A stretch of 64,000 bases of DNA from a virus (lineage: Duplodnaviria; Heunggongvirae; Uroviricota; Caudoviricetes), in the IMG/VR virus record IMGVR_UViG_3300037455_000543, positions 59,136 through 123,135 of that record; one strand, given 5' to 3'. Below are positions 63,419 to 64,000 of this stretch, one piece after another. The notes under the pieces are model-generated. The model ran no database searches and was not told the DNA's origin. It saw only the letters and a list, made by a program, of their open reading frames with translations. Position numbers and translations under genes: made by a program. Within the stretch, counting starts at the first letter, position 1. Each line of letters begins with the position of its first letter.

Positions 63419-64000
63419 ATGAAAGAATTGACAGAAAACGTAGTTAAGTGGACCAAGGAAACCTTTGACAAGCTCGGCAAGACTGATGCTGTATTAGGAA
63501 TTTCTGGTGGTAAGGATTCTAGTGTAGTTGCGGCTATTTGTGTCGCTGCACTTGGTAAGGAACATGTTCACGGTGTTTTACTTCCATGCGGTATTCAGAA
63601 GGATATTTCTGACTCCTATAAGCTGGTTGACCATCTTGGTATCGATTATGATGTTCAGGATATTGAAACTCTTGTAAAAGAATCTCTTGCTCTTGTTCCT
63701 GGTGCTGACAAGTCTTATGATGCAAAGACTAACGTAGGTGCAAGACTTCGTACTAACCAGATTATGGTTACTGCACAGACAAATAACTGGTTGATGGCTA
63801 ATACTTGTAACAGGTCGGAAAATTGCTGCGGATATGCTACGTTATGGGGTGATTCGTGTGGTTCTTTTGCTCCAGTTGATATGTTAACAACTGAAGAAAT
63901 TATTGAAATCGGTGATGACCTTGGTCTTCCGTATGAACTTACTCATAAGACTCCTATTGATGGCCTTCAGCCTTTAACTGATGAAGATAAACTTGGTTTT
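63419..64000 (+). CDS. nadE: NH3-dependent NAD+ synthetase (truncated by window edge)
   Basis: Manually translated: LGISGGKDSSV, NVGARLR, NRSE..GYATLWGD, KTPIDGL; not in ORF track. Confidence 0.93.
   Translation, partial: MKELTENVVKWTKETFDKLGKTDAVLGISGGKDSSVVAAICVAALGKEHVHGVLLPCGIQKDISDSYKLVDHLGIDYDVQDIETLVKESLALVPGADKSYDAKTNVGARLRTNQIMVTAQTNNWLMANTCNRSENCCGYATLWGDSCGSFAPVDMLTTEEIIEIGDDLGLPYELTHKTPIDGLQPLTDEDKLGF

Noticed and set aside
1-64000. Stop-codon reassignment (TAG/TGA read-through) as in some gut jumbo phages
   Set aside because: Long genes are intact in the standard code, and TAG, TGA and TAA all end genes at tightly coupled junctions.
1-64000. tRNA genes, CRISPR arrays, integrase, transposase, introns or inteins
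   Set aside because: No T-loop/cloverleaf signatures, regularly spaced repeats or diagnostic motifs were seen by eye; tRNAscan, CRISPR finders and HMM searches would be needed to exclude them fully.

Overview
AT-rich, gene-dense 64 kb fragment of a large (probably jumbo) lytic dsDNA phage, read in the standard genetic code. It lacks core replication, capsid and tail genes and looks like an accessory/auxiliary-metabolism region. Two promoter classes organise it. Sigma70-like early promoters (TTTACA/TTGACA-17 bp-TATATT), often built into terminator hairpins, drive + strand runs of small hypothetical ORFs and metabolic genes. T4-type late promoters (TATAAATA) drive interspersed genes on both strands. 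Recognisable content: (i) a late-expressed glycan cluster (glf, two DUF4422 Galf-transferase-like genes, tagD, TagB/F-like, DUF616, DUF1919, sugar O-methyltransferase); (ii) a complete deamidating NAD+ salvage route (pncA, pncB, NadD-Nudix fusion, nadE); (iii) RNA repair genes (two RNA ligases, CCA-adding enzyme, phosphoesterases); (iv) a radical SAM gene plus four proteins sharing an N-terminal FETNSSSxH motif; (v) a Met-rich protein/vWA/divergent PurA-like trio; (vi) about ten late proteins sharing a LNEAxxxLxxxG(Y/F)xxE motif, probably capsid-packaged; (vii) M15, M16 and M18 peptidases, an ATP-grasp protein and a RiPP-precursor-like 51-aa peptide. All family assignments come from motif recognition by eye; no database search was run. 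A gut/rumen Gram-negative host (Fibrobacter/Bacteroidota-like) is only an inference. No tRNA, CRISPR array, integrase or transposase was recognised.
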